NCBI GenBank assembly: GCA_010405405.1
Contig: MU004232.1
Span: 2,834,507 to 2,874,393, forward strand
DNA from: Microthyrium microscopicum
Taxonomy: Eukaryota
DNA: 39,887 bases
Reading direction: 5' to 3'
Position numbers and translations under genes: made by a program. The notes below the pieces were generated by a model. It did not search any database. It worked only from the letters and a program-made list of their open reading frames with translations, and had not been told where the DNA came from. Positions 38,861-39,887 of this stretch are shown here, in pieces. Each line of letters opens with the position of its first letter. Position 1 is the stretch's first letter.

Positions 38861-39611
38861 TTATTAGTAAGAATAATACGCTTAGGAGTAGCTTTAGTAC
38901 TACCTATCTTATAAAGAGTAGTTCTAATAGTAGATACTATAGTTAAATATTAGTAAAACTCTAATTACTATTAAAGACCTTTAAACTCTTAAACTACTTA
39001 ATTAGCTTAATAACGAAATTATTAATAGCTTCTTTACTAAGCTTTATAAAAAGGCTAAGTCTAAACTTACTAAATAGATAAAAATAGTAAAAACCTTAAT
39101 TAAAGATAATATTCTATAATATTATATACTTAATACTTATTAGTTTCCTAAGATATAATAATAAGATAGTATTAAAAAGATTACCTACTAGATAAAGTAC
39201 TAAAAAATTAGTAGAAAGAATCTTCTTAGTATTTATAAATTCTTTATTCTAATTTATTAAGGTAGTTACTAAATTTTACTAACTATTCTTTCTTAATAAT
39301 ATTAAGTATATTAGTATAACTCCTTATTTACTAATAAAAGACCTATTCTTACTTTAGCTAAAGAAATGCTTTAATATAAATTAAGTAATACTTAGGATAA
39401 GAGTAAATAAATATTTAAGAGAGTAAAGAGTAATTATTAATAAAACTCTTTAGATTATAGTACCTTTACTCTTATAAATACTTAGGCTACCTTCTATACT
39501 AATAATCTACCTAATATTCTTCTTAACTAATATAGTAAAGTAATATAATAACTAATTAGTTTAATTATTCTTTATAGTAGCTTAAAAGGCGACTTTAACT
39601 TAGAGACTTAG
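38861..39611 (+). pseudogene. RIP-inactivated Ulp1/SENP-like (peptidase C48) cysteine protease, last exon
   Basis: Single frame: ITIKDL(Q)TL...N(W)LN(D)EIIN (38964-39026); FFI(P)I(H).GS(H)(W) with His 39267-39269; Y(D)SL with Asp 39318-39320; (Q)(Q)NS.D(C)(G).F with Cys 39456-39458; probable stop at 39609-39611. Upstream CTAAC/CTAAT...TAG acceptor at 38860. Confidence 0.88.
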
Positions 39612-39887
39612 CATAGTAGCTTTTATTTAGAAACTTTATAAAATATTTCTAACTATTCTTTTTATAGAGTATAATATTAGTAGAGAGCTTATCTACTATA
39701 AAAGATAGCCTATTCTTTTCTTAACTTAATATACTCTTCTTATTAATATATATATATTCCTAACTAAAGATTATCTTTTTATTAATAATATAATCTTTTA
39801 CTATTACTAATTCTTATTATTAGTAATATATCTTATTATTATAGATATATTTTATTATTATAAATATAGCTTCTTATTAGAAATATA

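Larger units (their letters stand above)
1095..39887. other. RIP-mutated AT-rich repeat block
   Basis: Abrupt drop in GC at ~1095-1140, near-absence of CpA/TpG and excess TpA. Paired repeat copies differ almost only by C>T/G>A transitions, and stops in relic ORFs are TAA/TAG at Gln/Arg/Trp positions. Confidence 0.97.

Noticed and set aside
39610..39618. AGCATAGTA as the right TIR matching the left CACTATGCT
   Set aside because: Only ~9 nt match, the following bases (GCT) do not duplicate the left flank (TA/CTA), it overlaps the Ulp1 stop, and RIPed sequence continues beyond it.
1095..39887. Organellar, AT-rich bacterial or Starship origin for the block
   Set aside because: The dinucleotide bias and transition-only decay indicate RIP of nuclear repeats. 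No tyrosine-recombinase captain was recognised at the boundary, where a DDE transposase lies instead.

Overview
Fungal (filamentous ascomycete-type) genomic DNA. The first ~1.09 kb is GC-balanced and holds the 5' part of an intact minus-strand gene of unknown function that runs off the window. From 1095 (TA|CACTATGC) to the end the DNA is very AT-rich, almost lacks CpA/TpG and is saturated with TpA, the signature of repeat-induced point mutation (RIP), so no intact ORFs survive. Translating by hand and reversing C>T/G>A changes ('de-RIP') resolves a nest of dead elements. (1) A host CMC (CACTA/Plavaka-like) DNA transposon whose minus-strand DDE transposase gene (~1550-10082) is interrupted by two copies of an ~873-bp TIR element with TA TSDs and contains a ~1.06-kb minisatellite-filled intron. 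(2) A 1.9-kb ORF1(gag)-only non-LTR element with a 15-bp TSD inside the first TIR element. (3) A chromodomain Ty3/Gypsy element (10236-22103; 162-bp LTRs, ATATT TSD). It carries a 5'-truncated Tad1-like LINE with an unusually long, apparently coding 3' extension, and the LINE shares 3'-end motifs with the ORF1-only element. (4) A ~3.8-kb head-to-tail duplication, one copy carrying a 1.13-kb TRIM-like mini-LTR element. (5) A RIP-killed Ulp1/C48 SUMO-protease gene near the right end. Two 10-N gaps have identical flanking overlaps, which are assembly artefacts. All protein calls in the RIP block are manual de-RIP readings, not database hits.
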